Shown here piece by piece: positions 1 through 12,914 of a stretch of DNA of 64,000 nucleotides (positions within the stretch are counted from its first letter, which is position 1; every line of letters begins with the position of its first letter). This stretch comes from the human T2T-CHM13v2.0 reference genome, Homo sapiens: the NCBI RefSeq assembly GCF_009914755.1, contig NC_060947.1, one strand, 5' to 3'. The position numbers were made by a program, and so were the translations under genes. The notes below the pieces were generated by a model that worked only from the letters and a program-made list of their open reading frames with translations, was not told the origin of the DNA and ran no database searches.

Positions 1-1200
1 GTCCCTTAAGTGTGAAAGCCCAAATATAGGAAATGAGAGGAGGGGAGAAGTCTCGGGTCTGAGAGATTTTCTCAACAAGATCTGGCCCAACAGCTCCTCT
101 ACAGCCTCCCTGCCTCCCCCATCCCCCTTGGGGCAAACCAGTCTCTGACCCCTCTCACCAGCAGCTTTCCTAGCCTCTTCCCTGACAGAGACACCCAGAT
201 TGGTTCATCTGCATAGCCCGGCTAAACACATACCTACCCCTGGGAGGCCAGACCTCCAAATGTCCCCCCTCTCCCAGCCCCAAGTATACCTCATCCCTAC
301 TGAAAAGGCATCTCACTGCGACCACAGGCCAGACACAAGATGAATCTGAGGACCAGAGCTCCAGAGCTTTTAGCTCCTAAATGGGAAAAACTCCTGCCCC
401 CACTTTCACATCCAAAAGTGGGCATTTTGTTTGTGTGCCCGGATGGCTGCACGTTTTGTAAAGCATATGAAATTTAATATCTCACAAGTATTCAAATCTA
501 GTTCCAGTACTCAGACACCCACTAGAGGCCACCTTAGTTGAATAGATTGAGTAGACTGGGTTTATTACACAATGTTTTGCCTTCAAACAGGATATTGTAT
601 CTACATCGGCAAGGAGATATTAATATCAATATCATTCCCTCAGATCTCCAGGCTCCTTCCAATCTTGATATTCTAAGATTTTATAATTCTCTACAGAGAT
701 TGCCTTTTGGGGGAGAACAGGGTGTTATGGTGGTATTTGCTCAGATGAGACTTTGCCTTGGTATACCACATTCACAACCAACCCAGAGTCCTAGTACACT
801 AACACAAGCAATTCAATTCATCTTACAAGGAGAAACTAACATCCATTCTCTCCTCCTTGCAGAGAAGGTACTGATAGAGGAAAAGAAAACAAGAGAATCT
901 GTAAATTCTCCTAACCAATATTGCTACTACTTCTAAATTCTTTCTGATCCCTCGAAGGCACAAAGTGAGTCCTTAGCTAAAACTGCCACAAAAGCCTCAT
1001 CTCATTTGTCTTACATGGACCTGTGTAATTTTTTTTTTTTCTTTTTGTTATGACTTGTATAATTTCTTCCTTTGTAAATCACTCTCCACACAGAAACACA
1101 CGCAGTCAGAGTTTTGGAATAACAGTGATGATAATATGCAAATAATTCCTGAACTATCTATCACAGTGATGTTCCAGAGACATGGCTAAATGTCTTAGGG

Positions 1201-1489
1201 CAAGTGGTCGGCAAGGTGGCAAATATTTAGGCTTTCTAGGCCATAGAATCTCTATCACAACCACTCAACTCTGCTATGATAGAGCAAAAGCAGCCATAGA
1301 CAATATATAAATGAGTGAGCACAGTTGTGTTCCAATAAAACTTTATTTATGGACACTGAAATTTGAATTTCATATAATTTCCCTATGCCACGAAACGGCA
1401 CTCTTCTTTTGATTTTTTTCAACCTTTTAAAAATATGAAAATCATTGTTAGCTCACAGGCAAGCTGCAGGCCATGGTTTGCGGGCCCTG
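1201..1489 (+). mobile_element. MER58B hAT-Charlie MITE
   Basis: Typical internal text (aaatatttaggcttt...ggccatag, ttccaataaaactttatttatggacactgaaatttgaatttcatataattt); ends caag...cctg; degenerate 8-bp TSD tcttaggg/tcctagag. Confidence 0.85.
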
Positions 1490-1554
1490 TCCTAGAGGAA
1501 AACTGTGTAGCATCTTATACCCCTAATTGAAAGGGTAAGTAAATTATCATAATT

Positions 1555-1865
1555 ATAATGACATATGAGTTCATGGTATCTGCCAGGGATAAGGCTAAGC
1601 TAATGAAATGGGGTCTTTGGTTTAGTCTTCAACCTATGTGATTGGGACTATTGTGCCCATTTTACAAATGAGGACATTGAGACACAAGAAAGGTGAAACG
1701 AGTTACCCAAGACTGCACAGCTACTAAGTATTAGGTTGGTGCAAAAGTATTTGCGGTTACTTTTAATGGCCGAAATGGCAATTACTTTCGGACCAACCTA
1801 ATAGTAGATCCAGGATTGGAACCACACCTGACTGACTCCAAGGCCTGAGCTCCTTACCACTCTCT
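1555..1865 (-). mobile_element. MIR SINE interrupted by MADE1
   Basis: Core cccattttacaaatgaggacattgag...ttacccaagactgcacagcta, resuming after 1803 as gtagatccaggattggaacc...gactccaaggcc. Confidence 0.8.
1731..1801. mobile_element. MADE1 (Hsmar1-derived MITE), small internal deletion
   Basis: Terminal inverted repeats ttaggttggtgcaaaagta...tactttcggaccaacctaa flanked by TA at 1729-1730 and 1802-1803. Confidence 0.93.
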
Positions 1866-3603
1866 ATAGAAAGGGAGTGCCAAATCCACACTCATTAACC
1901 TACCCCAATTATGTGAAATCCTGTCCCAGGAAGATGTGAATACAGTGGCTCCAAATAAAAATTGTATCAGGTACATGAACTAGTGGGCCTGAGATGGCCA
2001 CAATTCACTTAAAATTTAAAGAGTTGAAACAACTTTCATTACGTTTTCAGCGAAGCCCTTAAAAAGCTTGATTCTTCTCATAGCTAAACTAAGATAAATC
2101 ACTAAAGAGAGCCTAAAGAATAAAGGGGGTCCAATGAGTAGAGCTGAAGGGAGATTAGTGCTGTCAGGGTAGGGGAGGAGGAGGAAGTGGACAGTGCCAG
2201 GGCTCATGCTTATAGGGACTTATTTCTGTCTTTACTCAATTTCTGATGCTCTTTATCGAGCTCAGGTCAGAGTAGGCCAAAAATGCTGAATGTGGCAAAA
2301 TTGAAAATGTTAACACCTTAAAAGACATAGAAGGATTCAGGAAACAGCTGATAGATTCTTCACTGTGAGAAGCGAAAACTCTAGGAAAAGAAAAGTCACG
2401 AGGCACGATTTTGGCTGAAATGCAAGCACTGCGAAAGGACGCTAAGGAAAGTGACTAAAAGCAGAGGGTGCTGGGCATCAGAGCAAAACGGCGCTAGCAT
2501 TGAACAGCTCCTAGGAGGGTCATGTCACAGCTGAGAGTGCGCTGGCTGGCATTCCCTCCAGAAGGCTGGGAGAAACTCAGCAGCAGTGGTTGGCCATTAG
2601 TGCCCAAAGGAAAGCCTCCTGAAAACTCTTCTGTGACAGCACACAAGGATCCCTATAAGACAATTCCAATTTGGCTGGCTTGGTGCATTTACTTCCAAGC
2701 TAGATGTGTCTCTGCAGCCTTTCCTTGCCCATTTGGAAATCTCGCCCTTGTGGAGCTGCTGAGAAAATGGCTTTCTCTAAAATCCCTGTTCCAGAAGATC
2801 AGGCAGGTGAATGAAAATCACTATCTGAATAAGACACAGGATGAATAAAAACAAGAGAGATATACAAAAAGGGAGATATTCCACTCAAACCCCCAACTAC
2901 TCCCCAAAAGCCTCTTTTTACATTTCCAAATGTCACACTCCACACTTAAATTAACATGCCTTTCTTCCTAATAGGGAAAAAGTGTCCAATTTGTTTTGAT
3001 ATTTCAAAATGTGCCTGTAATATAAATGATTCCTGTAACCGAAGGCCACAGGGCAAAGGAGATTATTTGACATGGAAACTCTGAAGTTTTTACATCCCCA
3101 GCCCCATGTGTCATGGGAGGGCATTATCAGGCTACCCCACTTGCCTGGGCTCATGGCTCCACTTTCTCCAAAATCCTAGCACTTGGAAAATCTAAATTGT
3201 CAAAGACAATGGGGAAAGAAGGCCTTTCAGAAGCAATGGATACTTTACAGAACTGTAGGAACCTATCATTGCTTTTGGGGTCAAGATCAAATTCCTACCC
3301 ACTAGAATAAGGAAGACAAAAAAGTGGCATGAGTTTAAATTCAGGTTCCCAAGGAAAAAGTCAACAAAAATGGCAAACAAAGAAATTAGAGCGAAATGGC
3401 TAAGAGATGCTAAATGACTGCTCCCAATTCCATATGTGTGGGACGCATGTGGTGAGGGTTCAGGTCAGTGCACTGGACCACAGCCTTCCCTCTAGAGGCT
3501 CTCAGGTGGGGCAAGGGTAGAGAATGACCATCGCACCACTACCTTCACACAAGACTACATTAGTGCCAGTTACAACCAGTCCCAGATTTAATAAAATGTG
3601 TAA

Positions 3604-4045
<442 letters not shown>

Positions 4046-4101
4046 TTTACTTATCCTGCTCAATCAGAATCTCTGAGAATAGATCCCAGGAATTAGCAGA
4101 A

Positions 4102-4205
4102 ATTCATTCAACAAATACGTTTTGAGTACTGACAATGTGGTTGGCACTGTGGTTCGTATCAGGAATGCAAAAGCATCATGGTCCCTGCCTTTCCTGAGCT
4201 CAGGC
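4102..4205 (-). mobile_element. L2 3' end fragment
   Basis: attcattcaacaaatacgttttgagtact...ggcactgt...atggtccctgcc is the reverse complement of the L2 tail. Confidence 0.7.
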
Positions 4206-4804
4206 ATTACCTGCAGGCCTCTGATCCCACATTTTAACTAAGGATCTGAGCAATGAAAACCTCATACAACTGGCTAAATAACTGAAGTTTCTTCTTATTG
4301 TTTCTTTTCTTTCCTGTCCATGTTCTCTTTGCTTGGATTACTATTCTAAGAAAGGTATTGTCCAAGCAACAACCTCAACTTTATGATCCTATCACATGGC
4401 CCATAAACCACCTCGATGCTTCATTCCATTACCATGAGCTTCCCCAGGACAAAAATAGAAATTATAATGAGCAATGCAAAACAAACCAACAATGCCTTCC
4501 TGACCTGCATTGAAAAATAACACTTTATCAGTTTAATCCAACTCCATTGTTCTTTGTAACAAGTAAATGATTATATGAGATTGTCTGAAAAGCAGACAGA
4601 GAGTGTTCGTTTCAGCATCTGCCTCTAAGAGACCAAGAGGCCTGAATCATAAGCTGGAAATAAGGAGAAGAATAAGTGCTCCCTTCCCCACTGAGTCTTC
4701 GTTTTCTGAACGTTCAATGATGCTGGTTCCAATCTTGGTGTTAAGAGATACTAGAATAATATTTCTGAAAATATTAAGGGATAGCCTGCATCAGTATCAC
4801 TTTA

Positions 4805-5197
<393 letters not shown>

Positions 5198-5211
5198 TTA
5201 CTGAAACCTAC

Positions 5212-5699
5212 TGTAGTAGATTAACTGCATTAGTGGACCCAGTGACCTCTCTACATCCTTGCTATTGCCCTCTTTGTACACCCCTCCCACTCTGAATCTC
5301 CACTCAGCCATGTAACTTGCTTTGGCCAATAGGACGTTAGCAAATAGGATGCAAGCAGAAACTTGAAGAGCTCATGTGCATTTCTTCTTGTTCCCTCATA
5401 TTATTGTGCTTGCTTGCTTAGACTCCTGCCACAGCACAAAAACAAGCCTGGGCTGATGTTTTGAGGATGAGAGGCCACGTAGAGCAGATTAAAGTCATCC
5501 CAACTGAGGCCATCCTGGAAAAGCCAAGCCCTGGTTAACCCACTGGCTGACTGCAGCTGAGTACATCTATGATCAGCGAAGCCTGGCCCAGATGAGCAGA
5601 ACCATCCAGCCAACTCATAGGCTATAAAATAATAAACAGTTATGTTAAATCACTTAGTTTTGGGGGTGGCTTGTTATATAGCACAAACTAGCTGATATA
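5212..5699 (+). mobile_element. MLT1 (H/I/J-type) MaLR solo LTR
   Basis: Starts tgtagtag, ends gctgatata; gccatgtaacttgctttggccaat motif; aataaa near the 3' end; 5-bp TSD cctac at 5207-5211 and 5700-5704. Confidence 0.9.
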
Positions 5700-6362
5700 C
5701 CTACTACATTAGTTTGATGGAAGAGATGATTTTGTGAATCCGCATTTTTAACAAGTTCTCCAAGTGATTGTTTCTCATGCACTTTCAAGTTTGATCATGT
5801 CACTATTGTGTACACAGCAGTGAGAAAGAAAGTGATATGTCAGCTGGCTTAAATGTAATGCACACAAACCTGAATCATAGTTCTGCTAAGAGGTAGCTCT
5901 TACACGAGGTGTCTGCTCTGGATTTGCTATCTGTCAGCAGTGGAAAGAGCCACTACTCTAGGTTACGAACAACCCAGGAGACCCCAGTCAAGCTAAAATG
6001 GTGGCTCTAGAAAGTTTTTTTTTAATGGTGGTAAAACTTATTTTAAGTATTATTAAGTATATAGTTCAGTGGCATTAAGTACATTCACATTGTTGTGCAA
6101 CCATCACCACCATCTCCAGAACTTTTTTCATCTTTCCAAATTGAAAGTCCATACTCCATTCCTCCCTTTCGCAACCTCTGGCAACCTCTACTCTCTGGCT
6201 CTATGAATATGACTACTCTAGGTACTTCATACAAGGGGAATCATACAGTGATTTTGTAACTGGCTTATTTCACTTAGCATAATGTCTTCAAAGTTCACCC
6301 ATCCGTCACTTACCATAATGTCTTCAAGGTGTAGCTGTGTCAGAACTTTGTTTTAAAGGCTG

Positions 6363-6366
<4 letters not shown>

Positions 6367-6410
<44 letters not shown>
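6367..6410. repeat. (AT)22 microsatellite
   Basis: Uninterrupted AT run. Confidence 0.98.
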
Positions 6411-6413
<3 letters not shown>

Positions 6414-6430
6414 ATTTTGTTTGTACAGTC

Positions 6431-6583
6431 TTGATACAGGCATGCAATGTGTATTAATCACATCACGTAAAATGGGATATCTGTCCCCTCATGTATTTAT
6501 TATCCTTTGTGTTACAAATAATCTAATTATACTCTTTTAGTTATTTTAAAATGTACAATTAAATTATTATTGACTATAGTCAC
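6431..6583 (-). mobile_element. L1MA1-4-type 3'UTR fragment without poly(A)
   Basis: ttgatacaggcatgcaatgt...ttattttaaaatgtacaattaaattattattgactatagtcac matches the recalled L1MA2/3 3'UTR. Confidence 0.8.
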
Positions 6584-6809
6584 AAATATCTATTTAAATC
6601 CTTGCTTTCAGTTCTTTTGGTTCTGTATTCATAAGTGGAATGGCTGGATTATATGGTAATTCTACTTTTAATTTTTTTGAGAAAGCACCATGCTGTTTTC
6701 CACAGTAGCTGCACCATTTTATATTCCCACCAGCAGTGCACAAAGGTTGCAATTTCTCCGCATCCTCAACAATACTTACTTTTAATTTTCTTTTAATAAT
6801 GGACATCCT

Positions 6810-7308
<499 letters not shown>

Positions 7309-7589
7309 TTAAATAAAGTAGGTTTTTGTGTTTGGTTTTGTTGTTCTTGTTTCCATAAGGATTTTACATAGTGTAAAAAGAGCAAGGTTTCTTACGCAGA
7401 GAATTCTAAATTAAAGAAAATAATCAATCACAAATACCTCAGACTCTGTTGGAAAAAGCCTTTAGTTTATCTGTGCCCCTGTGCATCCTCGCTTCAAAAC
7501 CCCATCTCAGAGGAAGGGCTCAAGTCCATAGCTAACCATCTCTCTGTGGTTTCCTATTTCCTTTTGGTCCTCTTGCTACCTCTCCAATC

Positions 7590-8545
7590 TTTATCCGTTA
7601 TCCCCCGATTTCTCCCCTTTTACTAGCTCTTTCTTCACTGACTCACTCCTCTCAGCCAAAATAAATGCTCAACTTTCTCCATAATTAAAAAAAAGTTATT
7701 CAGGATCTGTTTGTCTTCAAGATTCTGTCATCTCTCTATACCTTACCAGACAAGTTTCTAGAAAGAGTTGTCTACATTTATGTCTCCAGGTCTCCATTCC
7801 TCATTCAGTTTCCAAACCACTGCCACATAATTTCCACCCATAATATTCTACTTGGTTTGCTTCTTATTACTCAATAACCTCTTTAATTACTAAATTACTT
7901 AATTACTAAATCCAAGGGACATTTTTCAGTCTATCTAACTTGGCCATTCTTTAGCGCTTAGCAATGTTGACCTCCGTTTCCTTATTGAAATTCCCTTCTC
8001 CCATGATTTAGATGCTCTCTCTCACTTACTCTTGGTCCTCTTGCTACCTCTCCAACTGTTTCCTCATGGTTCAGGTTGTTTGTTACATTTATTCCGCCCA
8101 GATCACACATATAGATATTCCCCAGGGTTCCATCCTTGTTTTCCCTCAAGCTTCAGACCCATATGTCCATCTGCTTACTGAACACGTGGAGGACTCAGAG
8201 AAAGTTAGATTATAATAAAATTGAATTGACTTTCCTTCCTTTTCTAAACCGATGCCCAGGCTTCTTATCTCAGTCCATCAGTTCAACCCATCACAACATA
8301 CAGGCTGAAAAAATCATGCCTTCATTGGTGACTCTCTTTGACTCTTGCTCTGACCACATCAAATTGGTCACATGTCCTGTCTTGTCAATCCCTCTCTTAT
8401 ATGTGTCCCCTCCTCTCCATTACCACGCCCCTAGTTCATGTCCTCGCTGCCTTTTACCTACCGTAAAAGCCTCACAATTGACTTTTTTGCCTCTGATCTC
8501 CCCTCCATTTAAGTTGTCCCCTACACTGCCACTAGAGAAAGCAAA
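7590..8545 (+). mobile_element. L2 internal (ORF2-region) relic
   Basis: Pyrimidine-rich L2 motifs: ttctagaaagagttgtctaca, ctaaatccaagggacatttttcagtc, agcttcagacccatatgtccatctgcttact. Confidence 0.75.
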
Positions 8546-8621
8546 TAAATAAGTGAATAAATACTCAGTTGGATAAATAAACTGCAATGAAAATATGTTT
8601 CCCCATGTTCAAGAACATTTA

Positions 8622-8931
8622 TTTAATTTAATTTATTTATTTATTTATTTGAGATGGAGTCTCGCTCTGTCGCCCAGGCTGGAGTGCAGTGGCACAATCT
8701 CAGGTCACTGCAACCTTTGCCTCCCAGGTTCAAGCAATTCTCTGCCTCAGCCTCCTGTGTAGCTGGGATTACAGGCACCCACCACCACGCCCGGATAATT
8801 TTTTTGTATTTTTAGTAGAGACGGGATTTCACCATCTTGCCCAGGATGGTCTCGAACTCCTGACCTTGTGATCCACCCGCCTCGGCCTCCCAAAGTGCTG
8901 GGATTATAGGCGTGAGCCACCGTGCCTGGCC
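8622..8931 (-). mobile_element. AluSc-like
   Basis: caggatggtctcgaactcctgaccttgtgatcc; TSD ttcaagaacattta at 8608-8621 and 8932-8945. Confidence 0.96.
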
Positions 8932-8994
8932 TTCAAGAACATTTAAAGCTCCCATTTTCCATAACGTCCAAGCTGGTACAGAAGTTCAGGAGTT

Positions 8995-9145
8995 GGTGTG
9001 GTATATGGAGAGGGAATAAGCATTAGCATCAGAGAGAGACTTCAGTTTGAATCTGGAGTCTGCCACATATTGGGTGTGATATTGATCAATTTATATCACC
9101 TGTCTACACTGCTTCCTCAGGATGATTGTGAGAATCAAAATAGTT
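8995..9145 (+). mobile_element. MIR fragment
   Basis: agagacttcagtttgaatctggagtctgccacatattgggtgtgat...gatgattgtgagaatcaaaatag. Confidence 0.55.
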
Positions 9146-9192
9146 ACCCATACATATCTAGTACTTGGTATTTTACAGAGCCTGTTATATAG

Positions 9193-9362
9193 TTTTTTTG
9201 TTTTTGTTTTTCTTTTTCTTAGACATTGTCTCACTCTGTCACCCAGGTTGGAGTGCAGTGGCACGATCTCGGCTCACTTCTCTGCCTCCCAGGATCAAGC
9301 GATTCTTGTGCCTCAGCCTCCCAAGTAGCTGGGATTACAGGAGTGAGCCACTGCGCCCAACC
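9193..9362 (-). mobile_element. Alu monomer (FRAM-like or internally recombined Alu)
   Basis: Single right-arm-type monomer with T tail; degenerate TSD cagagcctgttatata/cagaacctggtatata. Confidence 0.85.
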
Positions 9363-9479
9363 TCAGAACCTGGTATATAAAAGGTGTTCAGTAAGTATAA
9401 ATTCTCCTCCCTTTTCCTACTGAGCACGGCCCCATCTATATTCAGGCTCGTCTCCCAGGACATCTTGCAAAACCCTATG

Positions 9480-9845
9480 CGATGAACACATACAACACTT
9501 AGCCTTTCCCAAACCATGGCAAATACTTTCTTTTCTCCACTTCTACTGTTACCTCAGCCTGGAATGTCTTCTTCTCTCGCCCTCTTCAGTCTGGTGAAAT
9601 CTGGCTCACATTTTAAAACCCAAGTCAAATGCCACAGCCTCCTTGAAGCCTTTCTTATACCCTTTATGCTTCATACATACTTTATTTGGGGCACTTCCTG
9701 TTGCTTGCCTTGATTTATAGCTACATATCTGTTCACCTGCCTTCCTTACCTGACTGAACTTCTTAGGCATTTGAACTCTGTTTTAAACATCATTTTTATA
9801 CCTAGCCCCTAACACTCAAAAATATATGTTGGAAGAAACGAAATA
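9480..9845 (+). mobile_element. L2 3' region relic
   Basis: gcctggaatgtcttc...aaaacccaagtcaaatgccacagcctccttgaagccttt...actcaaaaatatatgttggaag. Confidence 0.65.
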
Positions 9846-9951
9846 GAAATTATGTATGAATACAGTCAGGATTTAAAACCTGAAGAACAAATATTTAAAA
9901 TATACTTTAGGACATTACGAAATGTTTTTATATTTAATAACTAGGTAATGA

Positions 9952-10210
9952 AATAATAATAACAATCATTTTATGTATCGATTATTCTGTGCCAAACACT
10001 ATTTTAAGTACTTCATATAGAAACTCATTTAATCTTCACAAGAGTCCTATAAGGTAGTTACAATTATTATTTCAAGACAACAAATGAGGAAACTGAAGCT
10101 GAGAGAGGTTAAGTAACTTGCCTGAGGTCACACAGCCTATAAAAGGTAAGCTGAGAATCAAATCCACGCAGTCTGGCTCTAGAATCCATGCTCTCAACTG
10201 TTACTATGCT
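9952..10210 (-). mobile_element. MIR, near full length
   Basis: ctcatttaatcttcacaa...aaatgaggaaactgaagctgagagaggttaagtaacttgcctgaggtcacacagc. Confidence 0.92.
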
Positions 10211-10264
10211 CCAGAAGTTTGTATTGTAATTAACATTGCAACAGGCTAAGATGGCACAATACAT

Positions 10265-10410
10265 GAGTTTTAATTTTGGCTCTGTTAGCTTTTTGTTCTT
10301 GGGCAAGTCATTTCTTGTCTTTGGGCCTCAGTTTCCTCATATGTGAAATGAGAAGATTATATCTGATGATCTTCTTAGTGCCTCTCAATATCAACATTCT
10401 ACGATGCTAT
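10265..10410 (+). mobile_element. MIR3-like fragment
   Basis: cttgggcaagtcatttc...gcctcagtttcctcatatgtgaaatgagaag. Confidence 0.75.
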
Positions 10411-10502
10411 GATAAGTACGCTTCACCTGCCTGATGTCTCTTTCAATAGCTTGCCATCCTCTCAAAGGCAGGTACTGTGTTTTAGTCAAATTTGTATCCC
10501 CA

Positions 10503-10718
10503 CAGTGGTTGCCTAGGGCTGTGAGTAATAGGGGGATGGGAAAGTGATGGCTAAAGGATGCAGGGTTTCTTTCTAGAGTGATGAAATGTTCTAAAATAGA
10601 CTGTAGTGATGGTTTCACAACTCTTTGACTATACCAAAAATCACTGAACTGTACATTTTAAATGAGTGAATTATATGGTGTATTTATTATATCTCAATGA
10701 AGCTATTAACAAAAAAAT
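10503..10718 (+). mobile_element. L1MB7/8-like 3' end inserted in an L2 tail (L2 about 10440-10775)
   Basis: cagtggttgcctagggc...gatgaaatgttctaaaat...atctcaatgaagct plus A tail; TSD-like aaatt(tg/at)tatcccca. Confidence 0.85.
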
Positions 10719-12319
10719 TATATCCCCAGGCCCCAGCACATAGCATTACTCAACAAATGTTTTTTGAGTTATGAACAGTTGTACTACAGGGCTTTTAATC
10801 TTAAGATTCTGAGTCTATTAATGGAACAATTTGTGTGTACTTACCAGTTCTTTGCATGTGAACTGGCACTTCTAAAAGTGTGCTCTACTTGGCAGTTTAA
10901 ATAACCCCTTTGCCAACTTACTTTCTTCTTGTCATAGACGTTTCAAGTTTGTTCTTCACACTGTTTGAATTATTACCTTTTGAATTAATAGGGGCTCAAT
11001 TAAAGAGGTTTAACTATATTTCTGATAACAATGTTCACTGCTATGCTGCCCACGAACAGATTAAACTAGTCCCCAAGATTCAAAGGTTATAAATTGCTCT
11101 GAGTTCTTCAAGTGAGAGACCTAATAGGAAAAGATGGTGTCACTACTGTAATTAGTCTTCAGGTACAAAATTAGTTATTTGAACCAAATGGGTAGGGAAT
11201 GATTGTCAATGACTGTTTTCCACCTCAAAGGAAATAAAAGGAGCATATTAATTACTGGGAATATAGTCTGAAGTTTGTGCAAGGGTCTCCACTGGAGGGA
11301 AGTTTTCTCAAAATATTTGCTGGCTTATAATTAGCTCATGCATCTGATTGACTTAGGAAAAAAGAGAAAAAAATCTGAAAAACAACAACTTTGAGACCAA
11401 ATGTTAAGTGACTGTACTTGAGAAAACCCAACTCCAAAGACAGCAACTTTAGAGTTCACTGCCAACAAAGAGTAATGAAGCTTCCGGGCCCTAGGAAGTC
11501 TCGCTGCCAGCTGGGTTCTGTGCCTCAGTACAAAGAGGCCCATTAGGCTGAGAGGCAGACAACAGAACCAGCATGGACTCAGGGCTCTAATTGGCGGTGA
11601 TTAGAGAATAAAATGAAAAGTAAAATAAGATCGCAGCAGGTAAAATTAGGGAAACAGTGGAGGCCACAAAGTTAAACCTTGGAACATGTAATCAAGGTGA
11701 TTAAAAACTCAGGCTGCTCCACCTTGTTACTCACCATCTTGCCAATTCACCATACACTCTTCACAATCACAGCCAATTTTTGTTCTGATTTTTAAGAATG
11801 CCCCATCCTAGAGACTCAACTACAGTCAACTTGCATTGAGGTGGTTGAACAGGATTCGCATCTCCCCCCACCTTCCCCTCAATAAGCTTGGCATACCTTG
11901 TAGAGACCTACATTTGAATCATGTCAATATGCAGAGGGTTTGGGTGGCTTCTGGTTGGTCACTTGGAAATAAAAGGCAGGGGAGATTATGCATAGTAATC
12001 AGGAAATGAAACATCACATAGATTCATGGGGCCTGCAGAGTTACCTAGCCCATACTCAGGGGCACCACATAACCAATTGGAACAATCTAGTGAGCCAGTT
12101 GGGAGAAGAATGGGCTTGGAAATCAGTGTAACAGCCCTCCAGGGAACACTGATTGAAAGTAAAATGCCTATGCTTTGCCAAGCCATTTGTCTTTAGAAAC
12201 TCTAATAAATTATCTTTTGACCATGTTGATTCTTTTCATTCGTCCAGCCAAGACTTACGGAGTCACACCTTTGAGAATGATTCCTAAGATGAAATCTACA
12301 CAGAGCCGGCAGTGTGCAA

Positions 12320-12410
12320 ATCAATTCAATTGAACAAATATCAATAAACATCCCATTATGTGTCGGGCACTGTGCTGGAGATATGCAAGTAAATAAAAAG
12401 GAAATTGCAG
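12320..12410 (-). mobile_element. L2 3' end fragment
   Basis: ttcaattgaacaaatatcaataaaca...tatgtgtcgggcactgtgctgg. Confidence 0.65.
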
Positions 12411-12414
12411 TCAA

Positions 12415-12625
12415 AAGTGATTAAAAGCAGGAGCTAGACTGCTTGGCCTCAAATCCCAGTGCTGTCACTTATTAGCTTTATAACCTCTCTTAGTCTCAGT
12501 TTCCCCTTCTGTAAAATGGGCATGATAATCATACCTACCTCTGATAGCTATGGTGAGAATGAAATGAGTTTGCTTAAGTTCATGCACATATTCATGAATC
12601 ATATTCATGCCTGGCAAGTGCTACA
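12415..12625 (+). mobile_element. MIR
   Basis: agactgcttggcctcaaatcccag...ctcagtttccccttctgtaaaatgggcatgataatcatacctacct. Confidence 0.85.
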
Positions 12626-12649
12626 TGCACTTTAGGATTATGTGGAAGT

Positions 12650-12800
12650 TACTAACCCTCTTGTGTGTGATGGACTTCTTCAAGAAGTTGATGAAAACTC
12701 TGGCCTATCTCCCTTGAATATACACACATATTTTTGCATCTAGTTTGAAGGGCTTTATGGATACTGAAAGGCTCTACAAAACCTAGGTGAAGAGCCCAAT
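12650..12800. mobile_element. MER103C-like hAT relic
   Basis: tgatggacttcttcaagaagttgatgaaaactctgg...cacatattttgca...ggtgaagagccc. Confidence 0.5.
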
Positions 12801-12914
12801 TTTGTGGGAGAGACTCCCAAAAGGTTTGTAATCCTAATACACGTGTGCCCCAACCCCTAGTTATTAATAGTTGTACTGTGTGACACTCTTTCGGCTTTCA
12901 AGAGAGACGATGCA

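Noticed and set aside
519-532. CTCF-like CCACTAGAGGCCAC (also weak matches near 45033 and 45275)
   Set aside because: Mismatches at core positions; expected by chance in 64 kb
538-936. 132-aa ORF
   Set aside because: Starts at TTG, no recognisable domain; length compatible with chance
11735-11961. Possible 227-nt minus-strand exon (donor ATG|GTGAGT at 11735/11734)
   Set aside because: Acceptor is a weaker AAG type and there is no other support
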